From assembly GCA_963665235.2 (NCBI GenBank), contig CAXXLX010000001.1, positions 288,001 to 352,000 on the forward strand: a stretch of DNA of 64,000 bases, given 5' to 3'. Below the pieces are notes generated by a model that did no database searches, was not told the origin of the DNA, and worked only from the letters and a program-made list of their open reading frames with translations. Position 1 is the stretch's first letter; each line of letters opens with the position of its first letter. Positions 9,833-19,786 of this stretch are shown here, piece by piece. The translations under genes and the position numbers were made by a program. This DNA comes from Candidatus Poribacteria bacterium. Lineage in GTDB: Bacteria; Poribacteria; WGA-4E; WGA-3G.

Positions 9833-11035
9833 CTACAAAAACTTTTGATAGACCCCCATAATCCTTTCATAATGAATATCCGCGTTAAACTCCGCTTCCA
9901 TTTTCTCTCGCCCAGCCTTCCCCATCGCTGCAGCCTCAGCTCTATGGTCCGACATCCACTGTAGCCGGTCCCGCAACGCTTCCTCGCCTCCCGACGGTAC
10001 AAGAAACCCATCAACCCCATCAACAACAAGTTCAGGGATACCCCCTATATCCGCTCCAATTACCGGTTTGCCGTAAGCATAAGATTCTAAAACGGACATA
10101 GGGCAATTTTCATACCACTCTGAGGGTAAAACGGTACAGATACTATTGAGAATCAGTTCTTGGAGTTCTTCGCCGCGTTTAAAACCGAGAAGATGAATAT
10201 GGTCACACCCATTTTCCTCAATAATTCGCTGAATTTCAGGCATCGCTTCACCGTCTCCCACAATATACAGCGGCACCTGTGTCAGTGGCACAGCCGCCTT
10301 TATAAGCGTCAAAATGCCTTTGCTCCGATGCACCCTCCCAAAATAGAGCACATAATCCCCCACGGAGAAATTCGGTGTAATGTCGGAAACATCAACGAAG
10401 TTATGCACCGTTGAAATCTTTTCTTCAGGAATACCGTACTGTATCATCTTTTTTCGCAGAAAATGAGAGACAGAGATAAAATGATCGAATTTATCAACCG
10501 CGCCTAAATGCCGTGAAACATAAGACTCCGTAACACTGAGGGCAGTCCGGGCAAGCGAGCCTCTATTGCACCGCTTCGGCAGCGCACGCCAAAAGTGTTT
10601 GCCTTCACAGGCCTCACAAATCTCATCGTTCGACAGATGACTATAGACAGGACACGTCAGCTTATATTCGTGTAACGTCTGAATCAACGGAACACCCGCC
10701 TTTTTGAGCACCCCTAAAATTGAGGCGGTCAACTTGCCATAGTAGATATGAAAGTGTGCTATATCAATAGGAGTATCGTTCAGTAACCGTTGAATTGACT
10801 TAACGGCATCGCGTGAATATAAGAAACGCACTAGGTCCACCGGACCCGGGTTTTCAAGATCGGCACCGCGTGGAAAATATTGCGACCATTCTGTGGGTTC
10901 ATTTTTCGGGCTAGCTGCTGTAAAAGGAATAACCTTGTGCCCGTGTTTTTGCAACAATTCCCCCATCGTAAAAAAGTACCGGTCGGAGCCGCCGCGGATA
11001 TAATGGTTTTGTGAAGTATTCAGAATCGTTAACAT
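9833..11035 (-). CDS. Glycosyltransferase family 4 (GT-B)
   Basis: GGSDRY, TLHEYKLTCP, YFGRVHRSKG, PSEWYENCPMSVLES..GKPVIG; start moved to ATG 11035 to avoid overlap with the upstream gene. Confidence 0.92.
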   Translation of the reverse strand: MLTILNTSQNHYIRGGSDRYFFTMGELLQKHGHKVIPFTAASPKNEPTEWSQYFPRGADLENPGPVDLVRFLYSRDAVKSIQRLLNDTPIDIAHFHIYYGKLTASILGVLKKAGVPLIQTLHEYKLTCPVYSHLSNDEICEACEGKHFWRALPKRCNRGSLARTALSVTESYVSRHLGAVDKFDHFISVSHFLRKKMIQYGIPEEKISTVHNFVDVSDITPNFSVGDYVLYFGRVHRSKGILTLIKAAVPLTQVPLYIVGDGEAMPEIQRIIEENGCDHIHLLGFKRGEELQELILNSICTVLPSEWYENCPMSVLESYAYGKPVIGADIGGIPELVVDGVDGFLVPSGGEEALRDRLQWMSDHRAEAAAMGKAGREKMEAEFNADIHYERIMGVYQKFL

Positions 11036-11042
11036 AGTTTCG

Positions 11043-11936
11043 TCACTCCCGGGGGCCAGCATCTGTGAAAGATGCAGCAGCAAAGGGCCGATAATAGGCC
11101 GTTCCTAACTGTTTATTGACAAATTCGGGGTCACCTGCGTCCAAAATTGCCTTATCTATCTCCTCGGCTACAGTAGTTCCCCACCAATTGTTGCTTATCG
11201 TTAAGTCAAATTTTACCTGTAACCGGAGGGCTTCGACATTGCCGTTCAGATTATTCTCTACAATAATGGATTGCACATTTTCGCAGATAATCCCCGTTCT
11301 GTTCCTTGTAATATTGTTCTTCTGAATTCGGGGACGCGTCTGACGACCGATAGTGCTAATCCCAATATCGTTGTTAAGGATATCGTTGTGTTGAATTATG
11401 GCATTACTTCCATCTAGTGCAACCGCGGTTTCATTTGAGCGAAGCGTGCAATCTACCACAGTCGGAGAACTGGTTCTGATATCAACCGCGACCGTTGCGT
11501 ATTCTATCACTGCGCCGCGCAGAAAACTCTCCGCGCCGTGTGTGTGGTCAAAGAGAATACCGACCCAATCACCGGATTGTGGCCCGATAGCGTCCGAAGT
11601 CATAAAAACTTTTTCGCCTAAATCTTCCGCCAATACCGGCGTTCCGACTTTCAGCACACCTCGTACCTTGATGAGGGCATCACGACCGAATTTAACAGTC
11701 GTCCCCGGCAAAATTTGTAACGTTATATCGGATGGAATTTCCAGCGTACCCCGCACAATATAGGTCTTCTCAGCCACCCACGTCTCATCCCCGGTGAGCT
11801 GATAATCTTCACGTACGACCTCGGTGTCCTCATCCGGATTGTCCGTAGGCGGCGCGGAATCGTTACATCCACATAAGCTTAACCCCAAAAGTAGGATTAA
11901 TAAACATAAGCTGAATTGTTTGTTTTGTGCCTTCAT
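11043..11936 (-). CDS. Lipoprotein with right-handed parallel beta-helix repeats
   Basis: Lipobox LCGC; TLQILPGTTVKF, GDWVGILF, periodic NN/GI repeats, NNWWG. Confidence 0.75.
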   Translation of the reverse strand: MKAQNKQFSLCLLILLLGLSLCGCNDSAPPTDNPDEDTEVVREDYQLTGDETWVAEKTYIVRGTLEIPSDITLQILPGTTVKFGRDALIKVRGVLKVGTPVLAEDLGEKVFMTSDAIGPQSGDWVGILFDHTHGAESFLRGAVIEYATVAVDIRTSSPTVVDCTLRSNETAVALDGSNAIIQHNDILNNDIGISTIGRQTRPRIQKNNITRNRTGIICENVQSIIVENNLNGNVEALRLQVKFDLTISNNWWGTTVAEEIDKAILDAGDPEFVNKQLGTAYYRPFAAASFTDAGPRE

Positions 11937-12011
11937 GTTATTCTTTGTTGCAAGTCACACGGTTTTTCTTCGAAAAAAATTCAAAACGCAGCGTTTTTTT
12001 CCTTATAAACG

Positions 12012-14576
12012 TCACAACCTCGGGTCAACTGTTTCACTTTCCAGAGCCAAAATACCGAAAACACATTCGTGAACGCGGGACAGCGGTTCACGACTAACAA
12101 AACGTTCAAGTGCTTCAACACCTAAGGCAAACTCCCTAAGCGCGAGGGAACGTTTGTGAGATAAACCCCGTGAACGCAGTCGTTCCAAATTTTGCGGCAA
12201 TGTATACTCAGGCCCATAGATAATCCGCAGATATTCACGGCCGCGGCATTTGACAGCAGGTTGCACCAACCCACGTTTGCCTTGAACGACAAAATTCAGC
12301 GGTTTGATAACCATACCTTCACCCCCCTTTTCCGTGAGCTCCTCCCACTGCCGAATCGCTGCCTCTCGGCTTTCATCATCAGATAGGGTTACCTGGCCAT
12401 AAGACGTTGCGAATAACACATCATCCGCAGCACTTTCACAAAGCTTCGTCAACATCTGCATGTGCCACAGATGGTCTTTATCGACATGTGTCGCACCTTC
12501 CGTTGCAAGCAGGTGGAACGGTGCCAATTTGAGCTCCGCTATAGATTGCACAGGCCAACAATATTGCTGATAAGCCGGGACATATTTCGCCACCGCCTCT
12601 GAGCGTTGCCTATACGTATCCACTAGACCGTTCACGTCAACCCCGTGTGCAGCGGCAGCTTTTAGGACAGTCAGTGCTTCCGCTAAGGCGACCCCGGCTG
12701 ACGCACCTACAGGGGCATATTGCTGCCGCAACAATTCCTGTGCCTTAACCGACCACGGCATTAGTTCACAATCGAGACAAAACCACTCCGTGCTAAAGGT
12801 TTCCCAATAACCGGCACTATCTATCGCCGCTTTTATTTGGTTCAACAGGCCCGTTTCAATCGTAGCGTCTTCAAAAAACCGTCTACCTGTCCGTGTGTAG
12901 CAGATGCCGAAGGTGTCATCCACAACACCAAATCGTCTCTTTGCAGCATCTGCGTCCCGGCAAACGACTACAATAGCACGTGACCCCATGTGTTTTTCCT
13001 GCCAGACAACCTCGGACACCCCCTGTTTGCGATAATAGTCAAACGCTTCTGCTGGATGTTCAAGCAGGTTTGGGATATTCGTAGTTTCAGTTGGCGACAT
13101 TGTCGGCGGCAGATATATCAACCATTTCGGATGGACAGCGAAACGACTCATGACCTCAAGCGCGTGGACGGTATTCTCCTCACGGATTGTCACGTTGTGA
13201 TTTAACCGTGTGCTGATAACGCGCCGCCCTAGTACATCGTTGATGTCCAGCATATCATCGTACACCTGTGTTTCGGCAGCTGACCGTTCAGCCTCATCAT
13301 CAAGGAACGGTTTCGCTGGAGCATAATAGGTACGATGTGCAGGAACAGATACGAACTCTTTTTCGGGGTATCGTAACGCTGTCAGTTTGCCGCCAAAAAC
13401 ACACCCGGTATCAATATTGACCGTGCGGTTCACCCAGCTCGGTTCACTCACCGCCGTGTGTCCATAAACAACCATCGCAGTGCCGCGATACGTCTCCGCC
13501 CAATTGAGCCGAACAGGTAAACCGAACTCATCGGTTTCACCCGTAGTTTCACCATATAGCGCAAATTGTCGAACGCGTCCGGAGGCGCGTCCCTGTAATT
13601 CCGCCTTCATCCCGGCATGCGCGACGACCAATTTTCCATCGTCTAATACATAGTGGCTCGTCAGGCCATCCAGAAATTCAGCGACTCGTTCTTTAAACGT
13701 TGGCGTTTCGTGCTCTAATTGCGCCAGCGATTCTGCCAACCCGTGTGTCGTTTGCACATTTTTGCCGCGAAGCGCGCGAACCAATTTTACGTCATGATTC
13801 CCTGGCACACAAATTGCCGTGCCAGCCGCGTGCATCGTCATCACAAGTCTAAGGACTTCAACAACCTTCGGCCCCCTATCCACAAAATCTCCTACGAAAA
13901 TCACCCTTCTACCGTGTGGCGGTTCAACATGAGGTCCACCATCTGCCTGCATTGAGATTTCATAACCGAGCTCCTCCAGCAACTCAATAAGTTCATCGAA
14001 ACATCCGTGAATATCACCGATAATATCAAATGGGCCCCGTTCGGTCGTGCGGTTCATGTAGAGCGGTTGCCTCACCAAACGGAGTGCCTCAACCTCTTCA
14101 GGCGTAGACATAACATGAACAACGTGCCGAAACCCCTCACGCTTAAGACCGCGCAGGGAACGCCGAAGTTGCTCACGTTGCCTACGCACCACATACGGTT
14201 TGAAATCTCTATCAGGCCGCGCCTCATTCCTTTCTTGACAAAGCTTTGCGGGCATGTTTAACACAAGTGCGACGGTTAAGTAATGATATTCACGCGCCAA
14301 TGATAGCAAAGGTTTTCGCGAATCAACCTGGACGTTAGTCGCATCAATAACTGTCAATTTCCCAGCGGCGAGCCGTTTCGCGGCGATGAAATGCAGTACC
14401 TCAAACGCCTCTTTCGTTGATGCCTGGTCCGTCTCATCGTCTGAAACAAGCCCCCGGCAAAAATCGGACGAAAGGATTTCGGTCGGCTTAAAATGCTTCC
14501 GCGCAAAGGTAGACTTGCCCGAACCTGAGGGCCCGATAAGAATCACAAGTGACGGTTCAGGAATCTTGAGTATCAT
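12012..14576 (-). CDS. pnkp: Bacterial polynucleotide kinase-phosphatase-ligase (Pnkp), RNA repair
   Basis: P-loop GPSGSGKST; metallophosphoesterase GDIHG/GDFVDRG/GNHD; ligase EKHMGSR, EGMVIKP, KCRGREYLRIIYG; C-terminal VDPRL. Confidence 0.95.
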   Translation of the reverse strand: MILKIPEPSLVILIGPSGSGKSTFARKHFKPTEILSSDFCRGLVSDDETDQASTKEAFEVLHFIAAKRLAAGKLTVIDATNVQVDSRKPLLSLAREYHYLTVALVLNMPAKLCQERNEARPDRDFKPYVVRRQREQLRRSLRGLKREGFRHVVHVMSTPEEVEALRLVRQPLYMNRTTERGPFDIIGDIHGCFDELIELLEELGYEISMQADGGPHVEPPHGRRVIFVGDFVDRGPKVVEVLRLVMTMHAAGTAICVPGNHDVKLVRALRGKNVQTTHGLAESLAQLEHETPTFKERVAEFLDGLTSHYVLDDGKLVVAHAGMKAELQGRASGRVRQFALYGETTGETDEFGLPVRLNWAETYRGTAMVVYGHTAVSEPSWVNRTVNIDTGCVFGGKLTALRYPEKEFVSVPAHRTYYAPAKPFLDDEAERSAAETQVYDDMLDINDVLGRRVISTRLNHNVTIREENTVHALEVMSRFAVHPKWLIYLPPTMSPTETTNIPNLLEHPAEAFDYYRKQGVSEVVWQEKHMGSRAIVVVCRDADAAKRRFGVVDDTFGICYTRTGRRFFEDATIETGLLNQIKAAIDSAGYWETFSTEWFCLDCELMPWSVKAQELLRQQYAPVGASAGVALAEALTVLKAAAAHGVDVNGLVDTYRQRSEAVAKYVPAYQQYCWPVQSIAELKLAPFHLLATEGATHVDKDHLWHMQMLTKLCESAADDVLFATSYGQVTLSDDESREAAIRQWEELTEKGGEGMVIKPLNFVVQGKRGLVQPAVKCRGREYLRIIYGPEYTLPQNLERLRSRGLSHKRSLALREFALGVEALERFVSREPLSRVHECVFGILALESETVDPRL

Positions 14577-15993
14577 CAGTGCCCTCACCTACCTTGATAT
14601 TTCTGGTAAATACCGCCATCTGCGTTGGTGCCCCTACATTTTCATCGGTTGGCCCTATCGGATGGAACGCAACGGTGTAACCGAAACGTTCAGAGAGACC
14701 TGTTGCCCAAGCGTGAAATTCGTTCCGTGTCCACTCAAAACGGTGGTCTCTATGTCGGAAGCGTCCCGCCTGTAAATTTTCAAACTTGACGTTATATTCT
14801 ATGTTCGGGGTCGTCAACACAACCGTCTGGGGACAGGCAAACTCGAAAAGTCCCCGTTCAAAAGCGGCGAGCCGTTCAGAATCCAGATGTTCAATCACCT
14901 CTACAACAGCAGCGGCATCGTATCCACTTAGACGTTCATCGCGATATCCCAATGCCCCTTGAAAAAGATGGAGACGTTCTTTCTGTTTATCCGGCAATCG
15001 GTCATAATGGAGCCGCTCCTGTGCAATCTTTAGGGCACGATGCGAAACGTCCATGCCCACAATTTGTTCAAACTGCTTCTCTGACATCAGTTTGCGCAGC
15101 AGCTTACCTTCACCGCACCCTAAATCAAGCACGCGTTTCGCACCAGCCTGTTTGAGTGCTTCAGTGACCGCCTGTAGACGAAGTTCGTTCAGCCCGATAC
15201 CTTTTTCAACCTGCTCCTCCGCTTCAGCGGCCGCTGCTTCGTCAGCCACTTGCACATCTTCGTCACGCAACTGCGAAAGGGCTTGATGCGTAAGCCGACG
15301 TTGATGTTTCAAGTAGCGGCTGACAATAGACTCCTGTTCCGGATGCGTAGAGAGCCAGTCACCTCCATGTTTTTTAAGCTTCTCAATCTCCGCCTCGTCA
15401 ACATAATAGTGTTTCTCGTCATCAAGTACAGGAATTAGCACGTAAAGGTGCGTCAGAAGTTCGCTCAAGCGGCACGTGTTCTCCAACGTGACCGTGAAAT
15501 AGCGGCTATCGCCCCATTCCGGGAAGTGTGCATCTAGTGTGTGTCGTTGGGCGTTTACAGTATACCCGAGCGGTTCAAAAAGTCGGTGCAAAAATCTCTC
15601 GCCGCCCCGACAGGGCAAAATGGCTAACTTTGCACTTAACGGGATAGCGGTCTCCGCAAGCTCCGGCCGGTCTTTACTCCTGCCCGACAATGCGGTGTTA
15701 AAAACCTTAGCGATTGCAACGCTCAAAAACGAAGAAGCCACATACGGACGGTCGCTAACGTACTCGGCTAACGCAAAATTCTCCCGAAACCGGCCCCGGC
15801 GCTGACGGACAAGCCCAACCGAATCAACATCAAGCAGTAGGGCAGCCGTGCATCTCTCCTCTCCTACCTCTGGGTAAAAGACGTGTGCCTGCCCAAACGC
15901 AAGCGTAAAAGATTGAAGACGTGCCGGGTGTTTATGTAGCAGATACCCCAAATCTGTTGCGGGAGAATATGTAGTCGTTAGTGTCAAAAGCAT
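14557..15993 (-). CDS. hen1: 3'-terminal RNA ribose 2'-O-methyltransferase Hen1
   Basis: MLLTLTTT..PATDLGYLLHKHP N-terminus; VLDLGCGEG; EVIEH; TTPN.EYN; FRHRDHRFEW; overlaps the pnkp start. Confidence 0.95.
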   Translation of the reverse strand: MLLTLTTTYSPATDLGYLLHKHPARLQSFTLAFGQAHVFYPEVGEERCTAALLLDVDSVGLVRQRRGRFRENFALAEYVSDRPYVASSFLSVAIAKVFNTALSGRSKDRPELAETAIPLSAKLAILPCRGGERFLHRLFEPLGYTVNAQRHTLDAHFPEWGDSRYFTVTLENTCRLSELLTHLYVLIPVLDDEKHYYVDEAEIEKLKKHGGDWLSTHPEQESIVSRYLKHQRRLTHQALSQLRDEDVQVADEAAAAEAEEQVEKGIGLNELRLQAVTEALKQAGAKRVLDLGCGEGKLLRKLMSEKQFEQIVGMDVSHRALKIAQERLHYDRLPDKQKERLHLFQGALGYRDERLSGYDAAAVVEVIEHLDSERLAAFERGLFEFACPQTVVLTTPNIEYNVKFENLQAGRFRHRDHRFEWTRNEFHAWATGLSERFGYTVAFHPIGPTDENVGAPTQMAVFTRNIKVGEGTDDTQDS

Positions 15994-16154
15994 AGCAATG
16001 TTTCAAGGAGTTAGATGAAATGATGACTCTACGTCTGTCCGATTTGTAGTCTCACAAAATTTCTGCCTCTATACCGAGTATTCTAAAAATTATACCATAC
16101 TCTTAGCTAAAACGCAAACACTTTTTTCTCTTCTCTGCACGTGACATTAATCGT

Positions 16155-16183
16155 TTGACGTTTTATGGCATTTGTCGTATAAT
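16155..16183 (+). promoter_or_regulatory. sigma70-type promoter
   Basis: TTGACG-17 bp-TATAAT upstream of the 16266 gene. Confidence 0.7.
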
Positions 16184-16265
16184 TATCGTTATAGTGACAC
16201 CTTTACCGATGGAATCCATCTGTGTACGCGCTTATCTACAATGTCTAGGTCAGTAAAAGGAGATT

Positions 16266-17258
16266 TTGATGAACTATAAACATTTTATTACCTGCTGCCT
16301 TCTGTTGTTGGTTCCTGCCCTTACTACTGCGGAAATCGTTTTTGAATCATGGCGCGATGGAGCTAATAATTTCTATGTGATGGACGATGATGGCAGTAAT
16401 GTCCAAAGAATAACATTCACACCATTTCGCTCCTTTGGTACGTTACCCCGCTGGTCTCCGGATGGCAAGTACATTGCGTTTGCAAGAGATCTGACTGTAG
16501 ACCCGAAGAAGGGACAGCGGTATGACCTATTCATTATCGATAGAGATGGCAGCAATGAACAGCAGCTCACCGACCATCCCGCATTAGATGTGGGGCATTC
16601 CTGGGCCCCGGATGGCCGTCGCCTTGCATTCTGTTCTAACCGGAGCGGGAACACTGAAATCCATGTAATAGATATCACAACCCGAGACATCCGACAATTG
16701 ACCCGTAATGTAGGTTTGCAGGGATGGGCTGCGGGGCCGGACTGGTCTCCCGATGGCAAATATATCGCCTACCGCCAGACACCTCCGCAGGGGGGATTAA
16801 CAACTATCTACGTGATGAGTGCGAACGGAAAAGGCGCACGACCACTCGTTCCTGCCGACAATTGGTACCGCTCTGGGCCACGTTGGTCCCCAGACAGCAA
16901 ATCTGTCATGTATGTTGAATTATTACCGCCCAACCCAGAGCAGGGATTCAACCTAGCGATAAACAACGTTGTGATTCAGAAGCATGGCAGCAAAGCGCGG
17001 CGGATTTTAGAAACCCCTAAAGACTGGTCAATAAATTCCGCTTGTTGGATGGACAACGGAAAACAGGTGCTGATTGTCGCAAATGCACTTGATAACCCAA
17101 ATTCGCACATCTACCGGTATAATCTCGCCAACGAAAATATAACCAACCTGACAAACCAGCCTAGAGACAACTATTCCCCGGATTGGATAAGCGATAAAGT
17201 CCTTTCTGTCACCCCACTAAAGAAAAAGAAGGTAAGGTGGGGAAAGCTAAAGCGGTGA
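16266..17258 (+). CDS. Secreted TolB-like PD40 beta-propeller protein
   Basis: Signal peptide; repeated P.WSPDGK..IAF; C-terminal VTPLKKKKVRWGKLK tail. Confidence 0.85.
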   Translation: MMNYKHFITCCLLLLVPALTTAEIVFESWRDGANNFYVMDDDGSNVQRITFTPFRSFGTLPRWSPDGKYIAFARDLTVDPKKGQRYDLFIIDRDGSNEQQLTDHPALDVGHSWAPDGRRLAFCSNRSGNTEIHVIDITTRDIRQLTRNVGLQGWAAGPDWSPDGKYIAYRQTPPQGGLTTIYVMSANGKGARPLVPADNWYRSGPRWSPDSKSVMYVELLPPNPEQGFNLAINNVVIQKHGSKARRILETPKDWSINSACWMDNGKQVLIVANALDNPNSHIYRYNLANENITNLTNQPRDNYSPDWISDKVLSVTPLKKKKVRWGKLKR

Positions 17259-17286
17259 AACCTTAAGGCACAACGTCTATTGAAAC

Positions 17287-17321
17287 GAAACCCGTGTTAT
17301 CCGCGTGTAGCACGGGTTTTC
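17287..17321 (+). terminator. Hairpin after the propeller gene (probable intrinsic terminator or REP-like element)
   Basis: AAACCCGTGTTA...TAGCACGGGTTTT inverted repeat about 30 bp after the stop codon. Confidence 0.55.
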
Positions 17322-17400
17322 GCATCACAGCACGAACAATAAGACGCTCCGAGGCATATACGCATAGGACACTTTATCAAACCTCTTTTCTTTAAAACTA

Positions 17401-17429
17401 TTGACATTCTTCAGCAGTTTGTGTAAAAT
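17401..17429 (+). promoter_or_regulatory. sigma70-type promoter of aroQ
   Basis: TTGACA-17 bp-TAAAAT with an extended TG. Confidence 0.7.
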
Positions 17430-17460
17430 ATTTCTGTATACAAAAAAAGGAAATCATTAA

Positions 17461-17916
17461 ATGAACATTCTTGTGCTTCACGGTCCCAATCTACATCTCT
17501 TAGGCAAACGCCAACCGGAGATTTACGGACACCAAACGTTACCTGACATCAACGCCATGCTTGACCGGCATGCAGCAGCATCACCTCACGAGGTTGTGCT
17601 CAAAATCCTTCAATCTAATCACGAAGGCGAACTTGTGACCATTATCGGTGAACACATCCACTGGGCGGATGGTATCCTGATTAATCCCGCAGCATATACA
17701 CATACGAGTGTTGCCATCCGCGATGCACTCGCTACCGTTGCCCTGCCTGTCATTGAAATTCACCTCTCCAACATCTATGCGCGCGAGGAATTTCGGCATC
17801 ATTCCTATATATCCGGCGTGGCAGTCGGCGTAATCGGCGGTTTCGGGCCGCTTAGCTACACCCTTGCCCTTGAGGCGATGATTCAAATTCTGCAAAAACA
17901 GGATGAAGCAATTTAG
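17461..17916 (+). CDS. aroQ: Type II 3-dehydroquinate dehydratase
   Basis: [52 protein letters not shown]. Confidence 0.96.
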   Translation: MNILVLHGPNLHLLGKRQPEIYGHQTLPDINAMLDRHAAASPHEVVLKILQSNHEGELVTIIGEHIHWADGILINPAAYTHTSVAIRDALATVALPVIEIHLSNIYAREEFRHHSYISGVAVGVIGGFGPLSYTLALEAMIQILQKQDEAI

Positions 17917-18052
17917 CTTACATGCACACCCCTTAAGTAGAAGTATAGTCTAGCAAATTCAAATTTGCGTACGGAGCACTTAAACAGAAACATAGTTTAT
18001 GAACTTAGTCAGAAACCCGCCTGCAACAACGGCGCAGGCGAGCGGAGGCACC

Positions 18053-19198
18053 ATGATTCAAAGTCCGTTTATACCTTTTAGTCGACCGTGGATTGATGAA
18101 GCCGAAATTGAGGCAGTCAGTGAAGTACTCGCCTCAAAATGGATTAGCACAGGCGCGAGAGTCCGTGAGTTTGAACGTGCTTTTGCCGAATACCTCGGAG
18201 TCAAACATGCTATTGCCGTGAGCTCCTGCACCGCTGCCTTACATCTCAGTCTTGTGGTAACAGGCATCGGGAGTGAGGACGAGGTAATTACAACACCGTA
18301 TACCTTCACCGCCACTGCGGAAGCAATCCGATATGTCGGGGCAAAACCGGTATTCGTCGACATTGACGCGCAGACGCTGAATATTGACATCGCCAATATT
18401 GAACAAGCAATAACCCCACGCACCAAAGCGATAATGCCTGTCCACATCGCTGGACTGCCATGCGACATGGACGCGCTGCAGGACATAGCTCAAAACCACA
18501 ACCTTCTCCTTATTGATGACGCTGCACACGCTATCCCCGTCGAATATAAGACGCGATACATCGGTAACATCGGCGACCTCTCCGCATTTAGCTTCTATGC
18601 AAATAAAAATATGACCACAGGGGAAGGTGGGATGATCACGACTAACAGCGATGCCTTCGCGGAACCCCTCAGAACCATGCGCCTCCACGGAATAGACAAA
18701 GATGCCTGGACACGGCAATCTAAACGCAGCATCTGGCAATACGACATCGCTACGGAGGGGTACAAATACAACATGACAGATATTCAGGCAGCGATGGGGT
18801 TATGTCAACTGCTAAAGCTCAACAAACAGCATGAACGTCGGCAAAATTTCGCACAGATATACCAGACAGAATTGGTGAAATTTCCACAAATAACCCCCCC
18901 CTTCGCACCAGCGAATCCTCGTGAACACGCATGGCATCTCTATATTATCCAGCTCCACACCGGCAACCGAGATGAATTCGTCGAGGCTTTGCGCGACGCG
19001 AACATTGAATGCAGTGTACACTATATCCCGTTGCACCTCTTTGAGTTTTATCAGACCAAGTACGGCTATCGTGAGGGGGATTTCCCGCGTGCTGAAGAAG
19101 CTTATGAACGCGTCGTGAGTTTGCCCCTTCACCCAGGGCTAAGCGAAGAAGACGTACATATCGTGATTGATACGATAGGAAAAATTTTGGGCACTTAA
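18053..19198 (+). CDS. DegT/DnrJ/EryC1/StrS PLP-dependent sugar aminotransferase
   Basis: SSCTAALH, DAAHA, FSFYANKNMTTGEGG, GYKYNMTD, SLPLHP; GGAGG RBS before ATG 18053. Confidence 0.93.
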   Translation: MIQSPFIPFSRPWIDEAEIEAVSEVLASKWISTGARVREFERAFAEYLGVKHAIAVSSCTAALHLSLVVTGIGSEDEVITTPYTFTATAEAIRYVGAKPVFVDIDAQTLNIDIANIEQAITPRTKAIMPVHIAGLPCDMDALQDIAQNHNLLLIDDAAHAIPVEYKTRYIGNIGDLSAFSFYANKNMTTGEGGMITTNSDAFAEPLRTMRLHGIDKDAWTRQSKRSIWQYDIATEGYKYNMTDIQAAMGLCQLLKLNKQHERRQNFAQIYQTELVKFPQITPPFAPANPREHAWHLYIIQLHTGNRDEFVEALRDANIECSVHYIPLHLFEFYQTKYGYREGDFPRAEEAYERVVSLPLHPGLSEEDVHIVIDTIGKILGT

Positions 19199-19219
19199 TT
19201 GTATAATCAGCGAGGCTCG

Positions 19220-19786
19220 ATGAACGCTAAACTCCACCAAATCATCCCATCCGAGGTCTGCTTCTCGTGTGATGTCTGCTGCCGCTTTTTAGAGGTAAAC
19301 AGCCCACTCGCGCCCATCTTTACTGAAGTGGAAACAGAGAGAACGATAACACACGGTGCCGATGCAACGTTATTTCGCCCACAGGCAGATGGAAAAAGCA
19401 CACAAATTCAACTTATACCGCACGACGACTTTTACATCTGTCCCTTTTTTGACCCGGAGACGAGCCACTGTACCATCTACCCAATCCGACCGCTCGATTG
19501 TCAACTCTATCCATTCGCACTCATGTTTAGTGAGGATAGAAGCGAGGTTGTGCTGGGTGTGGATATGCTTTGCCCGTTCGGAGAAGCGTATATGGAAACG
19601 GAAGCCTTTCAAAAGTACATCCGCCACATAATTGAATACGTTGAATCCGAGGCGGTTACCGCACAAATTGCTGACAATTACAGCCTCATCGGGGACTATC
19701 AAGAGACGGTGAAAACTGTCCACATATTAGAAAAGCTCACAGATGCAACTTCAACCCCTCACACTTCAGGACAAACCGATTTTTGA
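19220..19786 (+). CDS. YkgJ-family cysteine-cluster (Fe-S/Zn) protein
   Basis: CFSCDVCC ... CPFFD....CTIYPIRPLDCQLYPF. Confidence 0.85.
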   Translation: MNAKLHQIIPSEVCFSCDVCCRFLEVNSPLAPIFTEVETERTITHGADATLFRPQADGKSTQIQLIPHDDFYICPFFDPETSHCTIYPIRPLDCQLYPFALMFSEDRSEVVLGVDMLCPFGEAYMETEAFQKYIRHIIEYVESEAVTAQIADNYSLIGDYQETVKTVHILEKLTDATSTPHTSGQTDF

